Made by a program: the position numbers and the translations under genes
The notes under the pieces: generated by a model
The model's database searches: none
The model's input: the letters and a program-made list of their open reading frames with translations, nothing else
What the model was told of the DNA's origin: nothing
Shown: positions 36,180 through 45,919 of the stretch, one piece after another
How positions within the stretch are numbered: position 1 is the first letter of the stretch
Layout: each line of letters begins with the position of its first letter
Origin: Candidatus Vogelbacteria bacterium
Lineage (GTDB): Bacteria; Patescibacteriota; Minisyncoccia; Phycocordibacterales; XYD1-FULL-46-19
Assembly: GCA_903864935.1 (NCBI GenBank)
Contig: CAIPHT010000015.1
Coordinates: 6,618-70,617 of the forward strand
Length of the DNA stretch: 64,000 nucleotides
Direction of reading: 5' to 3'

Positions 36180-39173
36180 ATGATTACCGAAGAATTTAAA
36201 GAAGCTTATAAACGCTTAAACAAGGCCCAGAAGGAAGCGGTAGATACTATCGAGGGGCCAGTCTTGGTAGCGGCGGGGCCGGGGACAGGCAAGACGCAGA
36301 TCTTGGCCTTGCGTATTGCTAATATTTTACTCAAGACTGATGTTAAGCCTGAGAATATCTTGGCCATTACTTTTACTGAGTCGGGAGTGCTCGCAATGAG
36401 ACGACGTTTGGCTGAAGTTATTGGGACACCGGCTTATGCGGTCTCGATCAACACCTTCCACGGTTTCTGTAATGATATTATTAAAGACGAGCCCGAGAGC
36501 TTCCCCAATATTATTGGAGCGACCAACATTACAGATGTTGATCAGATTCGGATTCTCGAAGAAGTGTTGTCCGAAGGAAAGTTTTCTGAACTCGTTACTC
36601 GTAATGACCTTTTCTATTATCTGCGCGCTATACTCTCGGCGATCAATGAGCTTAAACGCGAGGGCGTGAGCGTGGAGAGATTCCAAAAAGAAATTAAACA
36701 AGGTCTAAAAGATTTTGAGAGTATCCCCGATCTTTATAATGAGAAGGGCAAGTATGCTGGTCAGATGAAGACGAAGTACGCGGATGAGCAGAAGCGTTTG
36801 AGGAAAAATGAAGAGCTGGGTGTTATTTATGAAGCTTATCAGGCCAAGCTTCGTAAAGAGAAACATTATGACTATACGGACATGATTAGTGAGGTGGCCG
36901 AAGTTCTCGCCGAGAACCCTTCGACAAGCTCAGGGCCGGCCAATCAGCTCCTTCTTAAACTTCAAGAGCAGTATCAATATATCTTGGTTGATGAGCACCA
37001 GGATACGAATAATGCTCAGAATAAAGTGGTTGAACTTCTGGCTAATTATTTTGATAATCCAAATTTGTTTGTAGTGGGAGATGACAAGCAGGCGATATAC
37101 CGCTTCCAAGGAGCCTCTTTAGAGAACTTTCTATATTTCAAACAAAAATATCCTGAGCTTAAATTAATTGTCCTTGAAGAAAATTATCGTTCGAGCCAGA
37201 TGATTCTTGATGCTGCGGATAGTTTGCTTTCTGGCGACAAGAAGCTAAAAGCAAAAAGTGGTCACGAAGACGAGCCTGTGAAACTTTGCGAGTTTAGCCA
37301 GAAGGCGGTAGAAGATTATTTTCTTGCTCAAGATATTTCTAATAAGATAAAGTCTGGCATCGCGCCTGAACAAGTCGCTGTCTTTTATCGTGATAATGGC
37401 GACGTCTTTGCTATTGCCAAAGCTCTTGAACAAGCCGGTGTCCCGGTGGTAATTGAGTCTAATCAGGATATCTTGAGCGATATTGATTTGCACAAGCTTG
37501 TTACTATATTTCGTGCGGTTGAGAAGGTTGGTGACGAGAAATTATTTGCTGAGACCTTACATATCGATTTTCTTAATTTCCCTCCACTTGAAGTTTATAA
37601 ATTAATTCAAGAGGGCTACAAAAAGAAGATTTCTATCATCGACTTAGCTAAAGATAATGAGGTCTTTTCTGCTTGGTGTGAGAAATTTATGAAGCTGGCT
37701 GGTGTGGCGAAGAATGAAGGCTTGGCCGAATGCTTCGAACATATTGTTCGCGAGAGTGGATTCTTGAATTACCTTTTGTCTAAACCCGAGACGGTCGAGA
37801 AACTTGAGAAATTGAATGGCTTATTCACTGAAGCCAAGGGCTTAATCGAAAGGCATAAAGAAGGGCGGTTGTCTGATTTTATTAGCTATCTCGATCTTCT
37901 CTCTACCCACAACATCTTACTTAAGAAAAGTGCTGAGGCCGTTGCTTCGAAGAGAGTAAGGTTGATGACTGCTCATAAGTCTAAGGGCTTGGAGTTTGAA
38001 CATGTCTATATCACCTATGCTTATGACGGTCACTGGGGCAATAAGAAAAAACGTGACTTAATAAAATTGCCGAGACATATTTTTTCCCTTACCGAAGATA
38101 AGGCTGTCGAAGAAGACCCTTCGACTACGCTCAGGGCAAGCAACGATGATGAGAGGAGGTTATTCTATGTTGCTTTAACTCGAGCCAAGAAGACGGCCAC
38201 AATTACTTATTCGCGCCAAGATGAGAATAAACGGGAATTATTGCCATCGCAATTTATTAGTGAGCTTAAGCCCGAACTCGTAGAGAAGATGGATGTGTCT
38301 AAATATGAACAGAGTTTTGCTGAGCATCCCGAGATAATTTTTTCTCCGCGGATTTCTAAATCTGTCTCGGTGCAAGATAAGGAGTTCGTTAAGACTCTTT
38401 TTGAAGAACGGGGTCTGGCCGTGACTCATCTCAATAATTATCTTAAATGTCCGTGGAATTATTTTTATACTAATCTTTTGCGTCTGCCTAAGGCGCAGGC
38501 CCCACACTTAATGTTTGGGACGGCGATTCATGGGGCGCTCGAAGATTTTTTCAAGAAGTTTGGCGGAGATGAAGATCCTGACAAATCGTATCTGTTGGCA
38601 CGTTTTGAAGATTACTTAAGCAAGCAACCGCTCATGGCGCGCGATTACGGTTCTCTCTTGGAGCGAGGAGAGAGGGATCTTGGTGGTTATTATGACTTCT
38701 GGCAAGGACAATGGCGCACACGAGTTCTCACTGAATTTAATATTCCTGGAGTGGTGCTTACTCCGGAGATTCGTCTGACTGGTAAGGTAGACAAGATGGA
38801 ATTCTTTGGTGATGGAGGAGAAGTTAACGTCGTTGATTATAAAACTGGCAAGCCTAAGACTCGCGGTTATGTGGAGGGTAGCACTAAGAATTCTGAAGGG
38901 GATATCAAGCGCCAAATTGTTTTTTATAAATTATTACTCGACAATTATATGGATGGCAAATATAAGATGGTGAGTGCCACTATTGATTTTGTCGAACCGG
39001 ATGAGAAAGGCAAATATAAGCAGGAAAACTTCACGGTAATGCGTGAAGAGGAAGAGGAATTAACTGCTCTAATTAAAAAAGTCTCAGCCGAAATCTTGAA
39101 TCTCGACTTCTGGGACAAAAAATGTGATGACCCGGATTGCGAATTTTGCTCTCTTCGCGAGATGATGCAATAA
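36180..39173 (+). CDS. UvrD/PcrA-like helicase with C-terminal PD-(D/E)XK nuclease
   Basis: AGPGTGKT, VDEHQD, VGDDKQAIYRF, TAHKSKGLEF, RRLFYVALTRAK; GKVDK...VVDYKTG, Cys cluster. Confidence 0.93.
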   Translation: MITEEFKEAYKRLNKAQKEAVDTIEGPVLVAAGPGTGKTQILALRIANILLKTDVKPENILAITFTESGVLAMRRRLAEVIGTPAYAVSINTFHGFCNDIIKDEPESFPNIIGATNITDVDQIRILEEVLSEGKFSELVTRNDLFYYLRAILSAINELKREGVSVERFQKEIKQGLKDFESIPDLYNEKGKYAGQMKTKYADEQKRLRKNEELGVIYEAYQAKLRKEKHYDYTDMISEVAEVLAENPSTSSGPANQLLLKLQEQYQYILVDEHQDTNNAQNKVVELLANYFDNPNLFVVGDDKQAIYRFQGASLENFLYFKQKYPELKLIVLEENYRSSQMILDAADSLLSGDKKLKAKSGHEDEPVKLCEFSQKAVEDYFLAQDISNKIKSGIAPEQVAVFYRDNGDVFAIAKALEQAGVPVVIESNQDILSDIDLHKLVTIFRAVEKVGDEKLFAETLHIDFLNFPPLEVYKLIQEGYKKKISIIDLAKDNEVFSAWCEKFMKLAGVAKNEGLAECFEHIVRESGFLNYLLSKPETVEKLEKLNGLFTEAKGLIERHKEGRLSDFISYLDLLSTHNILLKKSAEAVASKRVRLMTAHKSKGLEFEHVYITYAYDGHWGNKKKRDLIKLPRHIFSLTEDKAVEEDPSTTLRASNDDERRLFYVALTRAKKTATITYSRQDENKRELLPSQFISELKPELVEKMDVSKYEQSFAEHPEIIFSPRISKSVSVQDKEFVKTLFEERGLAVTHLNNYLKCPWNYFYTNLLRLPKAQAPHLMFGTAIHGALEDFFKKFGGDEDPDKSYLLARFEDYLSKQPLMARDYGSLLERGERDLGGYYDFWQGQWRTRVLTEFNIPGVVLTPEIRLTGKVDKMEFFGDGGEVNVVDYKTGKPKTRGYVEGSTKNSEGDIKRQIVFYKLLLDNYMDGKYKMVSATIDFVEPDEKGKYKQENFTVMREEEEELTALIKKVSAEILNLDFWDKKCDDPDCEFCSLREMMQ
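36917..36940. mobile_element. 24-nt in-frame hairpin mini-element in the helicase
   Basis: CCCTTCGACAAGCTCAGGG-CCGGC, encoding PSTSSGPA. Confidence 0.8.
38117..38140. mobile_element. 24-nt in-frame hairpin mini-element in the helicase
   Basis: CCCTTCGACTACGCTCAGGG-CAAG, encoding PSTTLRAS. Confidence 0.8.
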
Positions 39174-39181
39174 TAGATGTT

Positions 39182-39511
39182 GTGAAATTAGAAAATAACC
39201 AAGAAAAACATGACCCCATAGCAGACTTACGAGTTTGGCGTTTTAGCTATTCGGACGAAATACCAAAAGAAATTATTCGTGGTTCTGGACACGCAATAGA
39301 ATACAAAGTCAAGAAAACTTCCTGGATGATTCCTGTTGGGTGTTTATCCCTTTTAGTTTATTCTGGGAGGTTAGATGGGGAACTTAAGGAAGAAGCCGAA
39401 AGATTTATAGAAAAATTTAGTTCAGAATCTTTTAATCAACGCTTAGTTACTGCTGAAGACATCGCCGAAGCTAATTCTCTTATTGATAGAGTTTTACAAT
39501 CAATAAAATAA
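39182..39511 (+). CDS. hypothetical protein
   Basis: AT-rich ORF, probable GTG start at 39182. Confidence 0.5.
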   Translation: MKLENNQEKHDPIADLRVWRFSYSDEIPKEIIRGSGHAIEYKVKKTSWMIPVGCLSLLVYSGRLDGELKEEAERFIEKFSSESFNQRLVTAEDIAEANSLIDRVLQSIK

Positions 39512-39553
39512 AATGTTATCAAAAATTGACGGTCGTCAAAAAGTGTTAACATT
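39512..39553. repeat. TGACG-NN-CGTCA palindrome
   Basis: AATGTTATCAAAAAT-TGACG-GT-CGTCA-AAAAGTGTTAACATT. Confidence 0.88.
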
Positions 39554-39576
39554 GGGATTTATTGCTGGGCCTAATC

Positions 39577-39652
39577 TTTTGTGCTAGTTTGAGGTCAGAC
39601 TAGAAACTCAAGTGGCTCTAAGGGGCCCTAACTAGTGGAGGATTTTGTTATG
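39577..39652 (+). promoter_or_regulatory. repeated promoter/leader/SD block, copy 1
   Basis: 66/76 ungapped identity to 40134-40209; TGnTAGTTT extended -10-like box, GGAGG SD. Confidence 0.85.
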
Positions 39653-39862
39653 AAAAATGGCAGGAAGAAACCGGTATTAAAAACCGGAACGAGGAGTCTG
39701 GCCGATGTCCATCTTCCTCACATGGAGACACCGCCCGTTCCTCGGCAGGCCATCCGTGGGTGTGGCGTCATTGGAGGGCGGTCTGTCTTACCTGATGACC
39801 TCTCCAGTGGGTCAGGTTTTGTCGCCCGGGAGATTGATATCCTCAAGGGTGACGAGAGGTAG
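39650..39862 (+). CDS. small orphan protein (70 aa)
   Basis: ATG after GGAGG; bounded by the shared leader and hairpin. Confidence 0.55.
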   Translation: MKNGRKKPVLKTGTRSLADVHLPHMETPPVPRQAIRGCGVIGGRSVLPDDLSSGSGFVAREIDILKGDER

Positions 39863-39873
39863 AGTTTTCAGTG

Positions 39874-39907
39874 TTTGTGCCCCGCGTCGGCAAGCCGACG
39901 CGGGGCA
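39874..39907 (+). terminator. repeated GC hairpin, copy 1
   Basis: TGCCCCGCGTCGGC-AA-GCCGACGCGGGGCA; 31/34 identical to 40592-40625. Confidence 0.75.
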
Positions 39908-39946
39908 GTGTCATTTATAGATCACTTAAAGAAGGACAAGTTAACA

Positions 39947-39984
39947 GGTAATAAACTGTTCACGGTCGTGAGCGGTTTATTACC
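39947..39984. repeat. variant palindrome TCACG-GT-CGTGA
   Basis: GGTAATAAACTGT-TCACG-GT-CGTGA-GCGGTTTATTACC. Confidence 0.75.
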
Positions 39985-39994
39985 ATTCACAAAA

Positions 39995-40036
39995 AATGTT
40001 ATCAAAAGTTGACGATCGGCAGGGATTGATAACATT
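39995..40036. repeat. TGACG-family palindrome
   Basis: AATGTTATCAAAAGT-TGACG-AT-CGGCA-GGGATTGATAACATT. Confidence 0.8.
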
Positions 40037-40053
40037 ACCCCCCCTCATCATTC

Positions 40054-40125
40054 CTCGCCATACCCCAAGGGAGCCCCGCCTGCCTTGCGTTGCAAAGCAT
40101 TGCGGTCAGGCCGAGGTGTGGCGGG
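40054..40125. repeat. 36-nt REP-like element with a nested 36-nt hairpin insertion (40075-40110)
   Basis: CTCGCCATACCCCAAGGGAGC[CCCGCCTGCCTTGCGTTGCAAAGCATTGCGGTCAGG]CCGAGGTGTGGCGGG. Confidence 0.75.
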
Positions 40126-40133
40126 TTTTTTGG

Positions 40134-40209
40134 TTTTGTGCTAGTTTGAAAACAGATTGAAAACTCAAGTGGCTCTAACGGGCCCTAACCAGTGGAGGAT
40201 GTTGCTATG
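40134..40209 (+). promoter_or_regulatory. repeated promoter/leader/SD block, copy 2
   Basis: 66/76 identity to 39577-39652. Confidence 0.85.
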
Positions 40210-40581
40210 TCTCAGAAGAAGGTTTCAGTCAGGTTTTTGTACGGTTTTGGGTTCGACTCACCCCGCCGTCGTAGCGGGCCCACTGTTGCAATAAACCTCG
40301 GGGCGTTATTTAGCCTTGTCTATAGATTTGCCGAAGAGATATCTTTGTTGGCAGACAAGGAGGGGGGCTATTTCATCATTGAGGCCGTGGTCGACCAGAA
40401 CGGGGAGAATTTTTCTTCTAGACCTGACGTCAAAGGGTGGAAAGACTCATGCTTCCTCGGCCGAAGACAGGACGACTTTTGTATTCGAGAAGGGAAGCTT
40501 CTGGTCTCGAATAAAGAAGTCACTCCGGCAGAGGCCTCCAGCTTTGTTTGGAATAAGTTCAAGGAGGCTTCTAAGGGGTAA
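40207..40581 (+). CDS. orphan protein (124 aa)
   Basis: ATG after GGAGG; bounded by the shared leader and hairpin. Confidence 0.6.
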   Translation: MSQKKVSVRFLYGFGFDSPRRRSGPTVAINLGALFSLVYRFAEEISLLADKEGGYFIIEAVVDQNGENFSSRPDVKGWKDSCFLGRRQDDFCIREGKLLVSNKEVTPAEASSFVWNKFKEASKG

Positions 40582-40591
40582 TCTTGGTAAA

Positions 40592-40635
40592 TTTGTGCCC
40601 CGTGTCGGCTTGCCGACGCGGGGCACCTTTTATTT
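40592..40635 (+). terminator. repeated GC hairpin, copy 2, with T tract
   Basis: GTGCCCCGTGTCGGC-TT-GCCGACGCGGGGCAC-CTTTTATTTT. Confidence 0.8.
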
Positions 40636-41820
40636 TGTATCCACCAAGTCCCAAGCGAATTTGAAGCCGAGGAGCATGACGAGGCCGAGACAGATAAAAA
40701 TATATTTGAATTCGAACGAAGTAAGAATCAGCGAAACAAAAATTGGTCCAAGGAGATAAGAGAAAGGAACGCTGATGCGAGAGAGAGCCACAATTCCTGA
40801 ATCTTTGCCCGAGATTTTTTTGAACAAATAAGTCTCTTTCATAATCTCAATACTGGCGGCCCCGGTGCGGGTGATGAAGAGAAGGATGGCCCAGAGGACC
40901 CAATTGGTAGTATTCAAGAAAGAGCAGGCGATGGTTGAGGCGACAATAATGAGTATCCCGCCAATGAGAATCTCTTTCTCGCCAAGATATTTGTCAGCAA
41001 TACGTCCAAGCGGTAGCTCGAAGAGAACGAAGGGTAGAAGCATCACGGTGAAAGTGAGACCAATCTGTTCCCAAGATAAGCCAACATGATTGTGAAGATA
41101 TAGAGGCATATAAACGACCATCACGGCGTAGAAAAAATTAAGCAAAAAATCAACCACAAGAATCCGATGGATATTGCCCGCTTCGGGAATCCTCTTACCC
41201 CAGATATTCTTGAGGCTCGCCCAGACCGAAGCGCCTGGGACCACACAGTGGGGGCAACTCGTCTCCTTAAGACCAAGAGTGATGATTAAGAGAAGGGGGA
41301 TAAGGATAGTGCCCGCGAGTCCATAAACCAAACCATAATTGCCCGTGCTGGCGAGGTACCCAGCAAGAAAAGGTGAGACCAACCAAGCGAGATTGTAGAA
41401 AGTTGAGTAGACGCCGCGGATAAGACCGGTTCCCTGGTCGGTCGAGATATTCTCAAGATAAACATCAAGCACGTAGCGCACCAGGTAACCAAGTATAATA
41501 TAGAGACTGAAGGCTCCAAGCGCGACAAAGATCGTTGGGGTGTAGCCAAACATTGGTCCAGCAATTGGGAGAATGGAGAGAAAAGAAATAACCGTGAGCC
41601 AGAACAAAACTTTTCTATTTCCAAAATGGCTGATGAGCCTTGGTGTGGAGATCATCAGGATTATGGTAATGATTGAGGTGAAGGCGTAGAGGAAACCAAT
41701 CTTTGTTTCGGGAATATAGTTTGCGAGGAACGAAGAATTAATATAAGCCGGGAGCGAAGAATAGGCCGCCATAAAAACGGCACCAATATAAGTGTAGATG
41801 CGTAATTTTTTATTTAACAT
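40630..41820 (-). CDS. MFS transporter
   Basis: ~12 TM segments, LGRIADKYLGEK motif. Confidence 0.88.
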   Translation of the reverse strand: MLNKKLRIYTYIGAVFMAAYSSLPAYINSSFLANYIPETKIGFLYAFTSIITIILMISTPRLISHFGNRKVLFWLTVISFLSILPIAGPMFGYTPTIFVALGAFSLYIILGYLVRYVLDVYLENISTDQGTGLIRGVYSTFYNLAWLVSPFLAGYLASTGNYGLVYGLAGTILIPLLLIITLGLKETSCPHCVVPGASVWASLKNIWGKRIPEAGNIHRILVVDFLLNFFYAVMVVYMPLYLHNHVGLSWEQIGLTFTVMLLPFVLFELPLGRIADKYLGEKEILIGGILIIVASTIACSFLNTTNWVLWAILLFITRTGAASIEIMKETYLFKKISGKDSGIVALSRISVPFSYLLGPIFVSLILTSFEFKYIFICLGLVMLLGFKFAWDLVDTK

Positions 41821-41845
41821 TACGTTTATTATAACGTAAAAAGTT

Positions 41846-43759
41846 TTAGACTTCTATCAACACGGGGAGAATGATTGGACGCTTGTGAGTTTTTTGGAAG
41901 AGGTATTTGCCAAGTTCTTCGCGGACAGTATTCTTCACATAATCCATATTGATAGGGTGCATCTTCGCGGCTGAGTCCTCAATACTTTTCTTTGTTAAGA
42001 TACGAACATAACGTAAGAGGTCTTGTGATTCTTTGAGATAGACAAAACCACGCGAGATAATGTCGGGTGATTTACGCACCTTGCCCGTGCTCATATCAAC
42101 CACAGCGATTAAGACAAACATGCCATCTTGGGCGAGGAGTTGGCGATCACGAATGACTACCTCTTGGACGTTACCGGTCCCAAGGCCATCCACCATCACC
42201 AAGCGTGAGGAAGTGGTATTCTTGAGCATGGTAATCTTCTGTCCGCCTTCTTGAATCTCAATGATTGAACCGTCGTCGGGAACAACAATATTTCTCTCGG
42301 GAGTGCCTATGCGCTCAGCCAGATCAGCGTGAACGCGGAGCATGTAATGATGACCGTGGGCGGGCATGAAGAACTTAGGTTTGATCATGCGGTGGATCCA
42401 CTCCAACTCGCCTTGATAAGCGTGACCGGAGGAGTGCACATCGGCAATGCCATAGTGCACAATCTTGGCTCCTTGGCGGGAGAGATTATCCTTGAGCTTC
42501 TGTACTGCTTTCTCGTTGCCAGGGATAACTGAAGAGGAGAGGAGGATCGTGTCACCCTTCTTTAACTTCACATTGCGATGTTCCTTCTGTGAGATACGCA
42601 TTAGAGCGGCATATTCGTCGCCTTGAGCGCCGGTGGCGAGAATGACAATCTTATTATCAGGGTAATTATCAATATCTTCGGAACTGATAAAAACATTTTT
42701 ATTAACTTTAAGATAACCAAGCTCCTTGGCAATCTCAATATTAGTCTTCATCGCGCGACCTTCAACCGCCACCTTCTTCCCTAATTGTTCGCAGGCCTCA
42801 ATAATGGAGATGACGCGCTCGAAGAGCGAGGCGAAGGTCCCGATAATAATACGACCATGAACTTTCTCAATGATACTCTTAAGATTCTTCTGAACCTCTT
42901 CTTCGGAGAAGGAAAAACCAGGCTTCTCCACATTGGTAGACTCGGCAATTAGGAGGAGATTTTTTTCTTCGCCTAATTTCTTGTAAACATCATTCTCAAT
43001 TTCTTTAATTTGTCCATTCTCGTGCTCAAGCTTGATGTCGCCGGTGACGATAATGTTGCCGTAAGGTGTCTCGACGATAATACCGATCGAATCGGGAATA
43101 GTGTGGTTGGTGGCAAAGAAGCGAACAGTAAGATCGCCTAATTTTAATTTATCTTTAGCCTCGATCACTTGGATGTTGAGACGGGCGACATGAGGGAATT
43201 CTTCTTGGCGTTTCTTAATCATTACGGCCGTGAGGAGTGAGGTGTAGATGGGCGGATTGCCCATTTTCTCCATTAAGTAGGGGATGCCACCAATGTGGTC
43301 GAGGTGGCCATGGGTCACGAGGAGGCCACGAATTTTGCTCTTTCTTTCTTCAAGATAAGTGGTATCGGGGATAACATAATCTACGCCCGGAACTTCTTCG
43401 CCGGGGAGGAGAAAACCGGCATCCACCACAAGAATATCGTTGCCGTATTCAATCATGGTCATATTTTTGCCAACTTCTTCAACCCCACCAAGAGGAATAA
43501 TACGAACATTGCCAGGAGCGAGTGGTGGGACCTTCTCTTTTGGTTTATTATTTTCTTCGTCGCGATTCTCGTTTTTGGCAAAACTAAATTTGCGTCCACC
43601 GGGAGATCGTCGAGGAGCGTGTGAGTTGTGGGGCGAACGGGGGGCATGAGGAAGACGAGGAGCTTGAGGTCCTTTGATTGCGGGAACTTTTTTCTTGCCG
43701 GCTTCGAAAGTTTCAACGTTGCCGTTACTGTCGACGCGCATGCGTCTGATTTTTAACAT
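41846..43759 (-). CDS. rnj: ribonuclease J
   Basis: PLGGVEEVGKNMT, THGHLDHIGG, HTIPDS, VHSSGHA; ATG 43759. Confidence 0.96.
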   Translation of the reverse strand: MLKIRRMRVDSNGNVETFEAGKKKVPAIKGPQAPRLPHAPRSPHNSHAPRRSPGGRKFSFAKNENRDEENNKPKEKVPPLAPGNVRIIPLGGVEEVGKNMTMIEYGNDILVVDAGFLLPGEEVPGVDYVIPDTTYLEERKSKIRGLLVTHGHLDHIGGIPYLMEKMGNPPIYTSLLTAVMIKKRQEEFPHVARLNIQVIEAKDKLKLGDLTVRFFATNHTIPDSIGIIVETPYGNIIVTGDIKLEHENGQIKEIENDVYKKLGEEKNLLLIAESTNVEKPGFSFSEEEVQKNLKSIIEKVHGRIIIGTFASLFERVISIIEACEQLGKKVAVEGRAMKTNIEIAKELGYLKVNKNVFISSEDIDNYPDNKIVILATGAQGDEYAALMRISQKEHRNVKLKKGDTILLSSSVIPGNEKAVQKLKDNLSRQGAKIVHYGIADVHSSGHAYQGELEWIHRMIKPKFFMPAHGHHYMLRVHADLAERIGTPERNIVVPDDGSIIEIQEGGQKITMLKNTTSSRLVMVDGLGTGNVQEVVIRDRQLLAQDGMFVLIAVVDMSTGKVRKSPDIISRGFVYLKESQDLLRYVRILTKKSIEDSAAKMHPINMDYVKNTVREELGKYLFQKTHKRPIILPVLIEV

Positions 43760-43773
43760 AAAAGGGTGTGGCC

Positions 43774-43809
43774 CCCGCCAGACCTTAAGGGAGCCCAAGG
43801 TCTGGCGGG
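43774..43809. repeat. 36-nt REP-like element
   Basis: CCCGCCAGACCTTAAGGGAGCCCAAGGTCTGGCGGG. Confidence 0.85.
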
Positions 43810-43850
43810 GGATTTAATAATATTAATTAACTAATAATGTACATAATAAT

Positions 43851-45653
43851 TTAGAAATAAGAAGCCACACGAGCAAAAATTGTCCACACCCGATCGGTCT
43901 TGAAGTACCAACGATAGATGCCCGAGAAGCGGTCTGAGGGGCTAGCGATGATTGGTAGCTGGACGCCCTTTAGGCCACTTGGTATGGCATAAAGAAAATC
44001 TGGCTGATAAAGGAATATGGCCGGTTGATCGTTGTTGATCTCGGTGGCGAGGGCTTGATATTTACTCCCTAGATCCTTGATCTGATTAGACTCGCGAATT
44101 TCTTCAAGAAGTTGGTCGGCTTTATTGTTGGCATAAAGAGCAATATTAAGACCGGGATCTAGGCGCTGTGATGAGTGCCAGAAGGGGTAGAGGTCATAAT
44201 CACGACCAACAACTTCGCCAAAGAGGATGGCATCATAACGACGGGGACGAATGATGTCTTGATTTAAATCGCCAGGTTCGAAAATTTCGATATTAACCTT
44301 GATTCCTAATTTGCCCCAATCTTGGGCGATTAGCTCGGCGGCAGTTTTAAGCTCACTAATATTAGCGGTCGCGAGGGTAAAGCTGATGGGGCCTGAAGCG
44401 GCGCTCTTGGTCGTGACCGTCACCAGTTTGCCTTTACTATTCTTGACCTTACTGGTCGTAATCTTTGCTTGCTTCTCTAATTGACCATTGGCGTTTATCT
44501 GCCAGCCATTAGTCTGAAGGAGAGTTAGAGCCGGACCTATCCCCTTGGTCGTGATCTGGCTCTGACCGGCAATGGACTCAGGGAGAACACCATTTAGTGG
44601 GACACCATAATCTGAGAGAACATTCTTAATAATTGCCTCACGATCAATGGCGAGATTAAGGGCTTGGCGGATGACGGGATCAACAAAGATCTGATTGCGG
44701 CTCTGGTTTAAGAAGACGGCAAAAGTTCTTGGCAGTGGAGCTTGGATAATTTTTTGGCCACTGCTCGAAAGTTTCTTGGCGGTATTTGGGGTGATGGCAC
44801 TAGCGCTCCCAATCTCACCGTTATTTAGACTCGAGATAAGTTCTTTCTCATTATTGTAAAAACGAAGGGTCAAATTAATTCGAGGTGTCCCTAAGGCAAA
44901 ATTTTTAAAAGGTTTAAGATTATAACTCAAGGGGATACCGGCTCCGTCTCGATTGACGTTGGTCACTTCATAAGGGCCACTACCAATAGGGTTGATGTTG
45001 AGACTAGAGAGAGGAAATTGCTCGGGCTTGATCTTATCCCATAGATGTTTGGGCAAGATACCCAACGTTGTATTCTCTAAGAAAAAGTTGTAAGGCTTCT
45101 TGAGGGAGAATTGGATGGTTTGGTCATCAATTTTTCTCACGGTCACCCCGTTCCAGCTGCCACGCTTAGGACTCTTGTAGTCTTGATCCTGAGCTTTCTC
45201 AATGGTGAAGATAATGTCATCGGCCGTCAACTTCTGTCCGTCGGACCAAGACAAATTTTTGCGGAGGTGGAAGGTGTAGGTTAGCCCATCGGTGGAGACC
45301 TCATAACTCTCGGCTAGGTCTGTCTCATAACCTCGTCCGGGCGCGAGACGTAAGAGCCCAGAATAGACAAGGGTCGTGAGATCACGATCTACATCGGAGG
45401 TGGCAAGAAGCGGGTTGATAAAACGAGGAGAGCCAACAACCCCCTCGGTCAGGGATCCTCCCGTGATAGGCACATCGGTCATTAATTTGTTATTTATTTT
45501 GCTGGCAATGGCTAGTGTACTGACAACGAAGATTATCATTAAGACGATAAAAACTTTTTTTGTTGTTGAGCCAAGAGTCTCAAAAGCAAAAAAGAGTTCC
45601 TCGCGAGAAGGTAGATTCAAACGTTTAAGCCAAGAGAAAAATTTTTCTTTCAC
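43851..45653 (-). CDS. family 5 (OppA/DppA-like) substrate-binding protein
   Basis: PRFINPL, DLAESYEVS.DGLTYTFHLR..WSDG..LTADD, PIGSGPY. Confidence 0.9.
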   Translation of the reverse strand: MKEKFFSWLKRLNLPSREELFFAFETLGSTTKKVFIVLMIIFVVSTLAIASKINNKLMTDVPITGGSLTEGVVGSPRFINPLLATSDVDRDLTTLVYSGLLRLAPGRGYETDLAESYEVSTDGLTYTFHLRKNLSWSDGQKLTADDIIFTIEKAQDQDYKSPKRGSWNGVTVRKIDDQTIQFSLKKPYNFFLENTTLGILPKHLWDKIKPEQFPLSSLNINPIGSGPYEVTNVNRDGAGIPLSYNLKPFKNFALGTPRINLTLRFYNNEKELISSLNNGEIGSASAITPNTAKKLSSSGQKIIQAPLPRTFAVFLNQSRNQIFVDPVIRQALNLAIDREAIIKNVLSDYGVPLNGVLPESIAGQSQITTKGIGPALTLLQTNGWQINANGQLEKQAKITTSKVKNSKGKLVTVTTKSAASGPISFTLATANISELKTAAELIAQDWGKLGIKVNIEIFEPGDLNQDIIRPRRYDAILFGEVVGRDYDLYPFWHSSQRLDPGLNIALYANNKADQLLEEIRESNQIKDLGSKYQALATEINNDQPAIFLYQPDFLYAIPSGLKGVQLPIIASPSDRFSGIYRWYFKTDRVWTIFARVASYF

Positions 45654-45694
45654 GATAGTTTAAAAATAGAGGGAGTTGTAAAACTAATTAGTAG

Positions 45695-45919
45695 TTATTT
45701 GAAGAGGGCGAGAACGGCTGAGATGGCAAAGAGAATGGCGATAACAATAGTGGCAATGAAGAGTTGCTTCTCAAGACCGCGCTTGGTGTGCCAGCCGGAA
45801 CCACTCTGACTCCCGCCAAAAGCGGAGCCGAGACTGCCTTCACTTTGTTGCAACAAAATAGCGCCAACCAAAAGGACGGATAGGATAATTTGGACGTACG
45901 GTAAATAGGTCGCTAACAT
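45695..45919 (-). CDS. secG: preprotein translocase subunit SecG
   Basis: ILLQQ..GSLGSAFGG...TKRGLEK.L; 2 TM. Confidence 0.93.
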   Translation of the reverse strand: MLATYLPYVQIILSVLLVGAILLQQSEGSLGSAFGGSQSGSGWHTKRGLEKQLFIATIVIAILFAISAVLALFK

